This document shows positions 36,435 through 48,762 of a DNA stretch of 64,000 nucleotides, piece after piece. The first letter of the stretch is position 1. Each line of letters opens with the position of its first letter. The stretch is from assembly GCA_010093995.1 (NCBI GenBank), contig ML992507.1:741576-805575 (forward strand). The letters are read 5' to 3'. The notes beneath the pieces are model-generated. The model did not search any database and was not told the DNA's origin. It worked only from the letters and a program-made list of their open reading frames with translations. The translations under genes and the position numbers were made by a program. The stretch comes from Elsinoe ampelina. Its lineage: Eukaryota.

Positions 36435-39400
36435 GGTGTATGTGAGTGGAGGGTAGGAAGGTAAGAGGCGAAAAGGCCAGGTCGGGAGTGAAGAGCACAG
36501 ATGGGTAGACAAACCGGATTAGAGATCAGGATCAGGTGGGATGAGGCAAGGAACATATATGTCAGTCAAGTAGATGGAGCTCGCACGGATACAATGGCCG
36601 TGGAGGAGCTAACGGCCGAAAAGATAGGCAAAAGGGAAAGTGGTCTCTCTCTATTGCGGATGCGCCAGGCGTTCGTGCCAAAGACGGCATGAGCCATAGT
36701 TAGGCCAGGACACAGGGCAGGACCAAGTGCAGGGTGCATGATCGGTCATGCATGGCAAGGGACCCGGACCTGAGCGAACACAAACGCCGAGTGTGGTCTG
36801 AAGGAATGGCACAGCCAGCTTGCACCGAGTCCGAGTCGAGTGCGACGCTGCTCGGAGCGAAACAAAGCGATGTGACACCGTTGATTGGACGTGGAGCGGC
36901 TGAGCCAAATTGTCCGAACCTACATTTGGTTCAAGGCTCTCGAGGTCCCCGCTATGCGGCGCTATCCCCAAGACACGTTTGGGGCATCCCACTGTGGAGC
37001 TCCAGTACTGTGGTACTATTCTCGTTCTACCCTCCAGATTTCTCATTATTGAGATCCATAGGGCTACAAAATGACTAGCCACTGCTTTCCAGAAGAGGAG
37101 TCGGACAAGAGTATCCGCAGGGGGTTCAGCCACAAAATCAGGCCGACTCGTGTTGGTTGTCCAATCTGCTGCCCACGCTCCCTGTTCTGTCACCGAGTCG
37201 TGCAAATGAAACCATAGAACGCCCTATGGCTGGTATGAACATACGAGAAGACGACATGAGGTAGTAGTGGGCGGTGTGTGGCTCCTGTGGCATGATGCAC
37301 CCGTCGTGCATGGTATGCAGTCGACGCCGAACGACCTGCGCATTCCTTGCAAACTCTGTACAGGGTGGGCTTGCGAGAATCCACCAGGGGAAGTCAATTG
37401 ACCGACGTTTCCATGTTTGTGGTGCGGTGAAAGCAAAACAGTTTGGTGCAGCAGTCGCGGTGAACCAGCGGCACGGGGCCTGCATCCAAAAAGTACGCTT
37501 ATCCATTTTTGCTGCAAGCGCATCCTCAACCACGCATGGAAAATGACGAACTCGTCGTCGCATGACCAGAGATGGGTAGGGGTATCAGCCCTGCCAATAT
37601 CGGGGCCACGCTTTCGAAGTCCACCAAGGTTTATGACACAGCAAGAGATCTGCAGCTTAATCACCGCTCTTCAGGCGGTATCGTTGGCACCAATTGTTTT
37701 GTCACGGTCGGGTTGTAAAGTCCGTTAAATCCAAAGCTCGATGCTGCGCTGCTTTTTCCCAGTCACGTCTGCCTGGTCTCCCGTCTCGTTTGGTAGCACT
37801 TGACTGGTACGCGTAGCTCCCGTCAGTCTTCAGGTCTTGATTGCGAGGTTTCGACTGTGACGCAGTTCATGTGCTGTACCATTTGTGTCCATACGCATGG
37901 TCGAATCATCGACGGTATGCAGTCTATCCTTTATCGCATCTCCACCATGAGTCAAAGATGCCGCTTGTGACGGCTGGCCACACTGATGAAACAGTATATT
38001 GTCCTCCCATCCAAAAATGTCTCCGAAGTGGTCGGACGGTATTCCGCTCTCGACAAGGACGATAGTTATACCAACAGTCCGAGCTCAGTATAGCCAGCAA
38101 TCAGCCTTACCAGAGTTCCGCCGGCGTGGTCAGGGACTCGTCCTGTGATCGCAAGGTGGATTGTCACTCGTCCAGCTGGAGATGGTGCACTCCTGATTGA
38201 CCGCTCAGGCTGTCGATCTGTTCATCATCTGAAGACGTCCAATCAACTAGGGCTTCATCAGTTCAACAGCAACATCGACCGTGCTGGCGTTGAAACAAAC
38301 CACACGGCAGACTCCGTCTCCTGCCCAAACGAAATCCAATCTTTGGACGTGCCGACTTCCCGATCACCTTCAACTTCAGCCCGTGCTTCTCTCTTTAGGG
38401 TTTCTTTCCTATTCTCAGACCTGCCACGCTTGCGGACACTACGCGTAACCCAGAAGTCTATATTTGCCGAAGCAGGGTCGTGATCGCTCGGCACGTCAAG
38501 TTCAAAACTCTCGCTTGGATGCAGACCATTTTCCCAATTCGTTCAAACCTCACCTCTATGTTCATCAAACACATCTCGTTTGGAGTCAAGTCCGTTATCT
38601 CCTGGATCGATGGGTCTATGCCAAGTGACAGATATTCTATGGTGCACTTGGAATACCGCCAGTATTACAAAGGATGAGCCGCCGTAGGATTACAAACCAC
38701 TATCCAGTAACATCGAAGCTGTCCAAATCGTCTTACCACAAATGGCAAAACGCTCACTATAGCACAGGACGATTGACTCCCATTGGTCAATTTGAGGTAG
38801 ACTTGTCTGGGGCTGAGCATGATTACGGAGCAATGCATGCTCCGAGTTAGCCAAGTAGTCACACCACAACAAATGGGCGATCGAGCATACTCATGCATGC
38901 CTATCGTTAGCTCGGTTCCTGCCTCCATGGAGTCGCCTTCACCGGTCTGATTGACTTCAATCATGCTTGGTCATGTCCGGGAATCTGGAATTATGATGCT
39001 GCGCCTTTCGATGCTCCGTTTCGCTCATATCCGCCACCATGACGACCAAAGAGGCCCAGGAAGTCAGTCATCCTTACCCTATACGGTACTGGATGTGGAT
39101 GCAGTATCTTGGCCTCTGCAAATCATGCACGCCCTTCACTTTGCATGACAATTTCGGACCCAACATGCGCGATTGCTGTGGGACCTTGCTGATGGTAAGG
39201 GCTAGACGCTTGCTAGCGCTTGTGGTCAGTCTTTCGAAAGGAGTAATGCTCTTGATGCTATTTTCACAAATGAGCCCTGACGCGCTATTCACTGTCAACA
39301 AGCTCATTCAGTGTCCAGCATTGCCCGTCTCGCGATGAAGAAGATTACCAACTGTCCAATCTCCACTTTGTTGACACACGCCACTGGGTCGAAGACACAT

Positions 39401-41536
39401 GGTCATGCACGGCTTCCGCAAAATCTCCCGCCGGCACGTATAAGGGAGCACCTGTCATCATCCACATGGCGGATACGCTAGACGCCAGCTCCCCCTCGTG
39501 AGCCTCTATGCTCTTCTCATCCTTCTACGGCTGAATGCCATCTCTAGACTGGACCAGAAGAAGTAATCTCTGGGAAAGATCCCAATGGCCATGTAGGTCC
39601 AGCCTCTTGACTATTGTTTGATCTCCACCTTGCATGATCTACTTGCCTGATTCATCCTTCACCATGTTTATCCATACTACACGTTCAGCCGCACGCTACA
39701 GTCTCACTATAGGACATGTTGGACTCCAGTGCAGCCCCTGACTGGCTGAGATTCATGATCCTACGATCGACGGCTGGTTGCTTGCGCTGCGGTGATGGCG
39801 CGACTATTCTCTGGCTGCCACGTGTGATCCTAGGACGCGTCGATCACGAGGTCAAATTTGGTTCCACGTCCTTCATTTGCATGACCCTTTGAGCAAATTA
39901 AGGGTCGGGGCCTTGAGAGTGGAGTTCAGCTGAGAGTAAGTGTGCATGTATTGAACGTGATCAGTACACTCCTCACATTATGCGACGTGTCAAGTCATCC
40001 TTATCTACCAAAGTTGAGCTGGGTACCATTTGTCACCTCCTGGAGCCTGACTTCGGGATTGAGGACATCTACTAGGGGATGAATCACAATGGTCATTGCG
40101 GTGAGGTCAACACTGTTCTAGCGAATTCCTTTATCGTGGTCTCCAGCACTGCATGTAGAAGTGTAGCAGGCTCAAACAACGCACGAGAGGTCCCCATTTC
40201 CCATTTCCCGTTTTCCCCTATACTGAACCACATGGTATTTGACCTCGATGCTGTCTCCATTTGTGTGATGTGCATGACCAATAAGGCAGAGAAAGTCAGC
40301 CACCAAGCCACAGTCGGCCCTCGCTTGTCTCCACAGCCACAGCGCGTAAAGCGTGCATGGAACACGAAAAGAACAGCACACAAACCTGCCCACATCTCGT
40401 GATTAATATGCATGCACGCCTGCAAATCCCAGGGGCTTCGCTTGCATGCACCTCTGCACCACCTCCTCGACGCTCCACGAAAACCACAACGCACACCGCA
40501 ACGGTCGTTCCACCACCTCACCCCACCACACCACCTGCACGTCCGCAACACCAAGCCACAACGTTCCCCGGCCTCCGGCTCCCCCGAATCATCCCTTGCC
40601 TTTTCACGAACACATCGGGTTGGGTTCAAGCCATGAAAAACCGTCCTGCATGACGCCGGATCCTCCAAAATCCCAAGCTACGCACACCCGCGCAGGACCC
40701 AGGGAAAAAGTAGTGTAACCCAAGACCCCCATCCCCGATCTCTCCAGACCAGGATGGCAGGACAGGGCACCCATGCATTCACGATGACAAAGCCCATCCT
40801 TCCATCCTCCCTCGCAGCTCGACTGGACTTTTCCCTTCTGTAACCTTCCATTCCTTCAAACTCCCACCGTGAATTACCACCCCGTCAGCGAGCACGACCC
40901 CCAACCCACCTTTCCCACTAGTCCCAAAGTGGAATTACGCATTCCGCACAGCCTGCCCCAAGGTACCATCGACGCGGTACCATCGACGTGGCCCCGGGTT
41001 AGTTGGAAGTGGGATGACACATGCTGTACTTTTCGTAGCGTGACATGGCGACGATACGGTACCCATCTTCTGGCCTAGCTGCATCGGGACACTGGCTGGC
41101 CTTGGTGTTTGTGCGACTTCAGCTGGGTTGGAGGGATGCCTGGACACGTGGAATAAGGCGGATGGGACGGGATGGGAGGGTCTATGAAGGGTCTTGGACG
41201 GGAGGGGACTGTATACGCTTTGGGGTAAATGGCAGGTCCGAGTGAGGGAGACTAAAAGGGCGTATTTGAGATGTTGACTGATCGTGCGGAAGCATGCGGA
41301 TGGCTTTGAGCAGGGGCATGGAGGGTGCTCGTATGGACATGTATCTGTGGTATTGTGTATGCTGGGTGATGCTGCTGGTGAGTAGGTGTTGTGAATGCAA
41401 ATAGGTGGCAGCCGCTGGATATCAGTAGGTATTGGCACTGTCAAGGTCAAGAGCATGTCCAGGTTTGTCTACTGATACATTCATGACTTTTCTCAACGGT
41501 ATATCATACAATACAGCCTCTGCGGCGAAGAGGACT

Positions 41537-42808
41537 CTACTTGAGCCGGGCAGATCGCCTGCGACCTGTGGTCTCTTCTACCTTTTGCACTACCTTCTCC
41601 ACTGCAGCTTTGGTCTTGCTCTTCTTCTTTGGAGGCTTCTCGTCTTCCACCTCTGCTCCAGAGTCTGCTTGGTCTTCTTCTGACTTGACGCCGTTGCTCT
41701 GACCGGCGGCCCTGCGAGAGCGTTCCCTAATTGCAGCAAGAGTCTCTTCGATTTCCTTCTTGAGACCATTTGACTTGCGCTTTCCTCGTCCTTTGGCTGG
41801 CTTCTTCTCTTCGACGTCCTCAGCACCGTCTTCATCATCTTCTGCTTCGGCCTCCCTCTCGGCCTTGATCGCTGCGTCCGGCACAGCACCAGTCTTCTTC
41901 TGCCGGCTAAGTACCACTGCACTCGTCCTCCCGCCGACTGTCAAGAAGGTGATCTTCTCCCCATTCGGTAACGTGTTGCCATCCTTCTTCCCCTTGCCCC
42001 ATCGATGCTTCATCAGCCAGTCGGCCGGAAACTTTGACGACTCGGATAATGTATCCACCGCTGTGCCAGTGACATACATGAGATTGTGATGTAACGTCTC
42101 AATCTGCTCATCGCTGAACGTATTGCTGTACTGCTCCGGATGTATATTCGCTTGGTATAGCACCTCATCCGCGACCCAATTCCCCACCCCACTGATATTC
42201 GCCTGATCCAGCAGCAATGCCTTGATCGGCACCTTCTTCGACCTCATCTTATTCCCCAACCACTCCACCGTCAGCAGATCCTTGTCCACCACCGGATCCG
42301 GCCCATTCTCCTTCAGCGGACTTGTCTTCCTGAGCTCTTCCGCCGGTACATCCACCAGCCGTATCCTCGCCAATCTCCTCGCGTCCACAAAAGCCACCTC
42401 CCCCTTATCCTCTGCGTCCGTCTGAAGGACAAACTTCCAAAACCGCGGCGGCCAATCCGTGTCCTCTTTCGCAGGCTTGTAGTACGCCGAGTCATCATTG
42501 TTGAACTTGACCCAGCCTGTCATACCCAGATGCATGACCGGGTGTGGAGGCGAGTCTGCTACGAGCCAGAAGTATTTGCCTTGTTGGCGGGCGTCGAGGA
42601 TTTTCTTGCCGGTCATGGCTTTCTGGAAGGCAGAGGCGGAGGTGCCGACTTTGCCGTAGATGATGTCGTCTTCTTGTACAAGGACATTGGTTATGCGGCG
42701 GCCGACAAGGTGCTTCTTGAGGTAATGCACCACGCGGGCGACCTCGCCTATCTGGGAGAGGGTTAGTCATGAGAGGAAGGAAGGGCAGGGGAGGGGTACT
42801 TCAGGCAT
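41537..42808 (-). CDS. fpg: Formamidopyrimidine-DNA glycosylase (Fpg/MutM, fungal zincless-finger type)
   Basis: MPE|IGEV catalytic N-terminus (intron 42752-42799), QGKYFW, HLGMTG, H2TH KALLLDQANISGVGNWVADE, TVGGRT; basic C-terminal tail. Confidence 0.92.
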
Positions 42809-43297
42809 GTCGACAGTAGGGAATGTAGACTTTCCGTTTGCTCTGTAAAGGCTCAAGACTGAATATGCTGAACGCTCATAAGCTAGACGAAGCTGTACAC
42901 GATGTGAAGACGTGACTAATAATGGCAGATCGCGTCGCGTCAAAAACAGCTTTAGAGCTTCGAGGGAGCTCTCCACGTGCGGAGTTCGCTACATCATCGA
43001 TACGGAGTTCACTTCAGACCTTATCTTTACTCAACCACGCCCTTTCTCTTTGATAATTAGTTTGATAGCTTCGTCCCACGTGTGCTATGTGCTGTTTCTG
43101 TTTCGTACATACCGGAACATCGATACCAATCTTGTGCATATATTTTGCCTCGCAAGTATCTCTCTCCTACCAGTACTGATTAGCCCCCTGACATCCATTA
43201 GGTAATTGTGTAGGAGAAATTACATTTCCTTGTATATCAAGTTGCCTTGGCTCGTCCCAATCTGTTTCTCAATAGTCTCCGAGAGAGTGTCTGCATC

Positions 43298-44557
43298 ATG
43301 CTCTGGACGGCGCTGCTAGGTCTGGCCACTGTGCCATTGGCCACCTCCCACTCCCGTCACGACCACAACTCCCAAAAGACCTTCACGGATGCTGAACTTC
43401 AGGAACTTGAGCGCAAATGGGGAACAGATTGGGGCTTCTCAGGCATCTCCACCTTCGCTCACCTTCCTCACGTCCGCTGCCTCACCTCCCCATCCACTCC
43501 ATACGACATTGCCATCCTAGGCGCGCCCTTCGACACCGCTGTCTCCTATCGGCCAGGAGCTCGCTTCGGACCACGAGCCATCCGCTCTTCATCCTCCCGC
43601 CAGACTGCCCTGAGAGGCTACAACCCACGTGCCAAACTCAACCCCTACTCCTCCTGGGCCACCGTCCTCGACTGCGGCGACATCCCCATCACCCCCTTCG
43701 ACAACATGCTCGCCCTCCGCCAAATGACCGAAGCCTTCTCCCTCCTCTCCGCCCGCTCACCCAGTTCCGCCAACAGCAACTCCCCCTCCACCTACCAGCG
43801 CACCCCCAAACTCATGACCCTCGGAGGCGACCACTCCATCGCCCTCCCCGCCCTTCGCGCTCTCCGCAAAGCCTACAACCAACCCATCACCGTCGTCCAC
43901 TTCGACGCTCACCTCGACACATGGCATCCCGCCAAATACCCCTCAGCATGGGTGGACTTTACCCGCCTCGACGCCGAAGCCGGGACCTGGGCGGAGCAAT
44001 CCTTCTTCACTCACGGGAACATGTTCTGGCTCGCTCACCTGGAAGGTCTGATCGCGGGAAACTCCTCGGTACATGCTGGTCTACGCACCCGTCTGAGCGG
44101 CGTGGACGACGACGAAGAAGACGACAGGCAAGGCTGGCTGCGCATCCCGTCCGATGCGGTGGAGGATCTAGGCTGGGAGGGTGTGGCGAAGACGATCATC
44201 GAGCGCGTCACTGGTGGGAAAGGGGTGGGGCTGGGCGATGCCCCGGTGTATCTGAGTATTGACATTGATATTATTGACCCCGGTCTGGCGCCTGCGACCG
44301 GGACGCCGGAGCCCGGTGGGTGGTCGACGAGGGAGTTGATCAGGGTTTTGAGGGGGATTGAGGGGTTGAATGTGGTTGGGGCCGATGTGGTGGAGGTTAG
44401 TCCGGCGTATGATGGGCCGGGAGAGCAGACTAGTATGGCGGCTGCGCAGGTGGTGTTTGAGGTGTTGACTAGTATGGTGAGGAGGGGGGAGTTGGAGGCG
44501 GAGTGGGCGGAGTCGGAGCAGGTGGAGCAGGTGGAGAAGGGTAAGGATGAGCTTTAG
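43298..44557 (+). CDS. Agmatinase/guanidinobutyrase-like ureohydrolase with signal peptide and C-terminal KDEL
   Basis: GAPFD...RPGARFGP, GGDHS, HFDAHLD, SIDIDIIDP, TGTPEPGG, DVVEV motifs; N-terminal MLWTALLGLATVPLATS; ends GKDEL*. Confidence 0.92.
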   Translation: MLWTALLGLATVPLATSHSRHDHNSQKTFTDAELQELERKWGTDWGFSGISTFAHLPHVRCLTSPSTPYDIAILGAPFDTAVSYRPGARFGPRAIRSSSSRQTALRGYNPRAKLNPYSSWATVLDCGDIPITPFDNMLALRQMTEAFSLLSARSPSSANSNSPSTYQRTPKLMTLGGDHSIALPALRALRKAYNQPITVVHFDAHLDTWHPAKYPSAWVDFTRLDAEAGTWAEQSFFTHGNMFWLAHLEGLIAGNSSVHAGLRTRLSGVDDDEEDDRQGWLRIPSDAVEDLGWEGVAKTIIERVTGGKGVGLGDAPVYLSIDIDIIDPGLAPATGTPEPGGWSTRELIRVLRGIEGLNVVGADVVEVSPAYDGPGEQTSMAAAQVVFEVLTSMVRRGELEAEWAESEQVEQVEKGKDEL

Positions 44558-44829
44558 ATCGAAGTCGCCAAAGGGATGTGGAGATCGCTGGGGGGTTACC
44601 ATCGGGAATGTTGTTGTAGGAGCGAGCGATGGCGTTGTGGCGAGCGAGATTGCTGGACGGAGCGCAAAGATACGTGGACACGGATAAACGAATGTTACGG
44701 GCTACTGTCGCTTAATTTGCTACCATGCAGGCCGCAAATAAAGACCATTGACGCGGTTTAAAGGAAGTATATTCTAATATAGATCCTGCTCCCAGGTTTG
44801 TCACAATCGTTCCTATGTCACACTATCTT

Positions 44830-45910
44830 TCCTGTCCCTCTGCTCAGTCAAAGAGTAGCCGGTTGCTCTCATGCCTCACGTTGATCAGGGTATAATGCTC
44901 CCAGTCAGCATCTCGGACCATCACTACCAGGGGACACCTACCTCAATAAACCTCGGCCTCCCCCTCCCCACATCCCCGATCCAATTATGCTCATTAAACC
45001 CGGCCTGATGCTCATCCCCTCCAACCTCTCCCACCACCTCAACAGCTCCTGCAGACTCTTCGGCGTAGGCGGACTCCCATCATCCAACGGATAAAATCGA
45101 CCAGTATCTGTCCCACAGGCAGCACCTTCTCCTCTTCCCTCGCCATCGGTACCGAGTCCATCTAGGCTCCCAACGCCTCCCACTCCTCCCACTCGACATC
45201 GATTTCATGACATCCACAAAGTCATGCCCATTCTTTGCCATTAGATCAGCAATGGTCCACACCTCCGGCTTCGTGTCCCGATCGGTCTTCGGCCCAAGCT
45301 TGACCTTCTCGAAAGAAGCCCTCCCTGCTGCGTCGCCGTGGATCTCCCCTGCCCAGCCGTCGACTGAGAAATCTCATCCCCAGATGTCCGCATTGGTCCT
45401 GTGTAGGAGGGCGGCTTCGAAGGAGGAGTCATCGCTCACGCCGAAGGAGTAGATGATCCGCTTCGTTTCGTTGCTTTGCCGCTTTGCTTGAGCCCCTTGG
45501 TGGTCCGCCCCAGCTGGCGAAGGTGGAAAGATATCCTCGTATCGTGACATGCCGCATACCCACTTCCCTCCATCCCCTAGCCGACGCACTCGCTCAAGAT
45601 CCATGGGGCAGTAGAACGTCGGTCGGAGATAGTCCCATACGTGGTACGGGTAGATGAAGCCGTTGGGAAAGGAGGCCGTGCCGGATTCGACTGCCATTTG
45701 CTTGCGGTCGAGGACGGAAGGGACGCCAGAGATATTCGGCGTGGGTGAGGGAGGAGGTGAGAGAGGATGTTAGGGAGGGAGTTGAGTGGTGGAAACTAGG
45801 GGTGGAAGGGAGATTTTAAGCGTGAGGGGAAGGATGTACAGGGCCAGCAGGAGCAGGAAGAGGGAGAGAGTGATGGAGGCGAGGATGGCGCGGGTGCGAG
45901 CGGGTGTCAT
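44830..45910 (-). pseudogene. Membrane-anchored methyltransferase (Methyltransf_22/METTL24-like) pseudogene; 3' end approximate
   Basis: N-terminal TM; CPMDLERVRRLGDGGKWVCGM, IYSFGV..DSSFE, IWG*DFSV, K/IDVEWEEW, LPVGQIL. Stops at 45770-45772 and 45374-45376, frameshift at ~45203, further stop at ~45162. Confidence 0.75.
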
Positions 45911-46291
45911 GGTGCTCAGATGGAGCTTGAACACTGGAGAGTGGTGGGATTTGCTGACGATGGATAGTGGTAGGATAAAACGTTGCGCGAATGGGTTGAA
46001 ACGGATGGGTTGTTGATAGATTCCGAGGTCCTGATGTCGTTGCGAGGTGATGGACAGCAAGGACAAGCTATGCTTTTATGCCATGCTTCGTGATCTGCGT
46101 CGATCAGAAGCATTGTCTCAAGAGGTAACAAGGTACGTGGACTGTGGAACGTCCAGGGCTTGGGCATGGCTTGGGCATAGCTGGGCATATTGACCCGTGC
46201 TTGCTTACATGGCGCGTGTCTTGCATTGATCAGGAGCATGCCTTCTCTGCTATTCACCTCTTCCTTTCAGATATCTCTCGTTGATCCCAAT

Positions 46292-47798
46292 ATGGTCGCT
46301 TACGCAGTCACACTGGCCGGTCTAGCCATTGCTAATTTTCAGCTGTTCCACAGAAAGTACTATGAGGACAAATCGAAGCGACACATGGACGTCGAGCTCT
46401 CAGAACCAGATGAAGCATCTTGCGATTCGGGGGTCGACGCAGACTCGGTCCTGTCAGGACTGTATAGGAAATACTTGGCCGTGTACGTACTATGCGTGGC
46501 TGCAGATTGGCTGCAGGTGAGTGGTACCAGAGCCGAGTGGCAGCTAAACTGATTGAGTTGCAGGGGTCATATACGCACTCAATCTATCGTCAAGCTCACG
46601 GGCTCTCCACAGCGGCTGTCGCGCGGCTCTTCGCCATTGGTTTCGCCAGTGGAGGTGTCGCTGGAGTCTGGACCGGCGCAATTGCAGACAAATATGCGCG
46701 GAAGAAGCTTTGCCTGGCCTACTGCTTGCTCTACTCGGTCTCTTGTCTGGCTATTATAGTCTCTTCTGATTCTAGGTTGCTAGTCCTTGGCCGTGTCCTC
46801 GGTGGGATCAGCACAACGCTTCTCTACAGCGTATTCGAGACGTGGCTGGTCGCTGAGCTGCACAAACACAATACATACAGTGACTTTGTCCAGGACTGCT
46901 TTGCAAGCCTTGCTCTCATAAACGGGGCCGTTGCTATCGTCTGTGGCGTCCTGAGTGAGATACTGGTGTCGGCGAGCAAGTCGCAGAAGGCTCCCTTTGT
47001 GGCCAGCATATTCTGTCTATCACTGGCTTCGGTACTCATTGCCAGACAATGGGTGCGTGTCACCCAAATTGAGGAAGTCTTAACACTGACCGGAGGGTAG
47101 GACGAAAATATCGAGAGTAGTAATGACATAGCGGAAAGACCTAGCCATGATGTGATCGACAACTTTCGTGGTAATTTGAATGCATCCACGCGCGGAATTC
47201 GTCCTGACGATGGCAGATAGCAAAGTCCTTGCCTTGAGCTTTGCAACGTGTGTTATGGAAGGCTCCATGTACGCCATCGTGTTCCTGTGGACACCAGCTA
47301 TCCAAGAAAGCCGCGAAGAAGCACATGCACCAGGTCCAGCTCCACTCGGCTTAGTCTTTGCCAACCTGATGTGCGCCATGATGCTTGGCTCGCAAATTCT
47401 GGCCTGCTGGACCAAGAAGGACCATGCTGCAGAAACGATGAGCCACTATGTCCAACTAGGGCTAACGGTAGGGGCTTCTAGCTTATCCATATCGGTAATG
47501 ACGCATGCCGAAGCGATCCGGTCCCTGGCTTTCTGTCTCTTCGAAATGTGCACTGGAGCATACTGTCTGGCAATGGCGGCATTGAAACAGACGCTGGTCA
47601 GAGATCAGCGGAGGGGTCGGATCTATGGTTTGTTGAGATTACCTCTCAATGCATTCGTAATTGGGCTGTTGTCGATGGTTGTTGAAGGTCAGTGCGTTCT
47701 GATATCTACCAGGCGAAGTCTCCAGGAGACGCGTGCTCGTCGTCTGCGGCATCACAGTGCCTCTCGATACCCTCCTGATGAGAAGAATGATCAAATAG
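46292..47798 (+). CDS. MFSD5/MOT2-like molybdate-anion MFS transporter (divergent, possibly decaying)
   Basis: YLAVY...AADWLQ|GSY, GRVLGGISTTLLYSVFETW, EGSMY..VFLWTP, IYGLLRLPLN. Introns 46517-46563, 47053-47100, 47172-47216; the last putative intron 47688-47712 is only 25 nt. Confidence 0.75.
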
Positions 47799-48374
47799 AA
47801 CCTGGCAGAGTAGGAACTGTTGCCATGTCCCATTCCTGCCAAGACATGACGTTGAACTTCTCTCCGGGCAGAAGATGGTGGACTTTGGAGTGCTGCAGAA
47901 AGGACAAGGATTATGTTGTATTTACCCTTACGCTAGGACGATGGGGCTCTGTTGCATGAATGACCGACGTGCTAGGATTATATCATGTCAGTGCTTTTTT
48001 CGAAAATTGCTCAAGATGTGTGCAGCCATGACGAAGCCTTCAACGTAGCTTCCAAGTCAAAAGATATGTATCTGAATGAGGGCTGGTGATTCTTCACGCT
48101 TGCCTGCCTGCAAAACGAACAGCCCAGTTCCTAGGGCCAGCGTTGGTGGCTAAGCGCGCAGGGCACGCCATGCACCGAGGGGGTCCTGAAGGATCGTACC
48201 TGCATAGGGATCGAGGTACAATTGGCTAGCTGAATTCCCATGAGCCAATGAGTGACAATTCGCTGAACTCTGTCACGTGCTCGGAGCCCAGGAGAGTATA
48301 AGAATAGTGAGCCTCGCTCGAAAGTCTCTCAGACCTTCCTCAACATACACAGACGGCGGCAGGACCAAAAAATC

Positions 48375-48458
48375 AGCTCGATAAGGGGCTCGAACCCTTG
48401 ACCTTGAGATGCCTACGTGTGTAAGAGTCCCACGCTCTACCGACTGAGCTAACCAAGC
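48375..48458 (-). tRNA. tRNA-Lys(CTT) with 11-nt intron
   Basis: GCTTGGT-TAGCTCAGTCGGTAGAGC-G-TGGGA-CT-CTT-A-[CACACGTAGGC]-A-TCTCA-AGGTC-AAGGGTTCGAGCCCCTT-ATCGAGC-T; A and B boxes; downstream T-run. Confidence 0.95.
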
Positions 48459-48762
48459 GAGTCGTTGTTATGGATCAGAGCCAGTGCAGAAATTTTATAT
48501 ACCTTGGTAGCACAGCAACCGAACTTGATAGCGAAACCCCATTTGGCCGACAGCTCGATCAGACGCGTTTGATGCCCCACAGAGATTTCTGAGACATTCC
48601 ATAAATTTTCGCGTGTGTTGTGTGTAATATTAGTATGAGAGCACGAGCATTGAAGTGCGGACCCACGTGCATGCCAAGGCCGCCTCCGAACGTCGCCAAA
48701 AAATTTGGCCGCAAGCTCCTCCGAAATGTTTCTACGCGTGCTCTTAGCACATTCCCTCAACC

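Noticed and set aside
45374..45376. TGA as selenocysteine or programmed readthrough in the methyltransferase
   Set aside because: The gene has additional stops and frameshifts, so decay is the simpler explanation.
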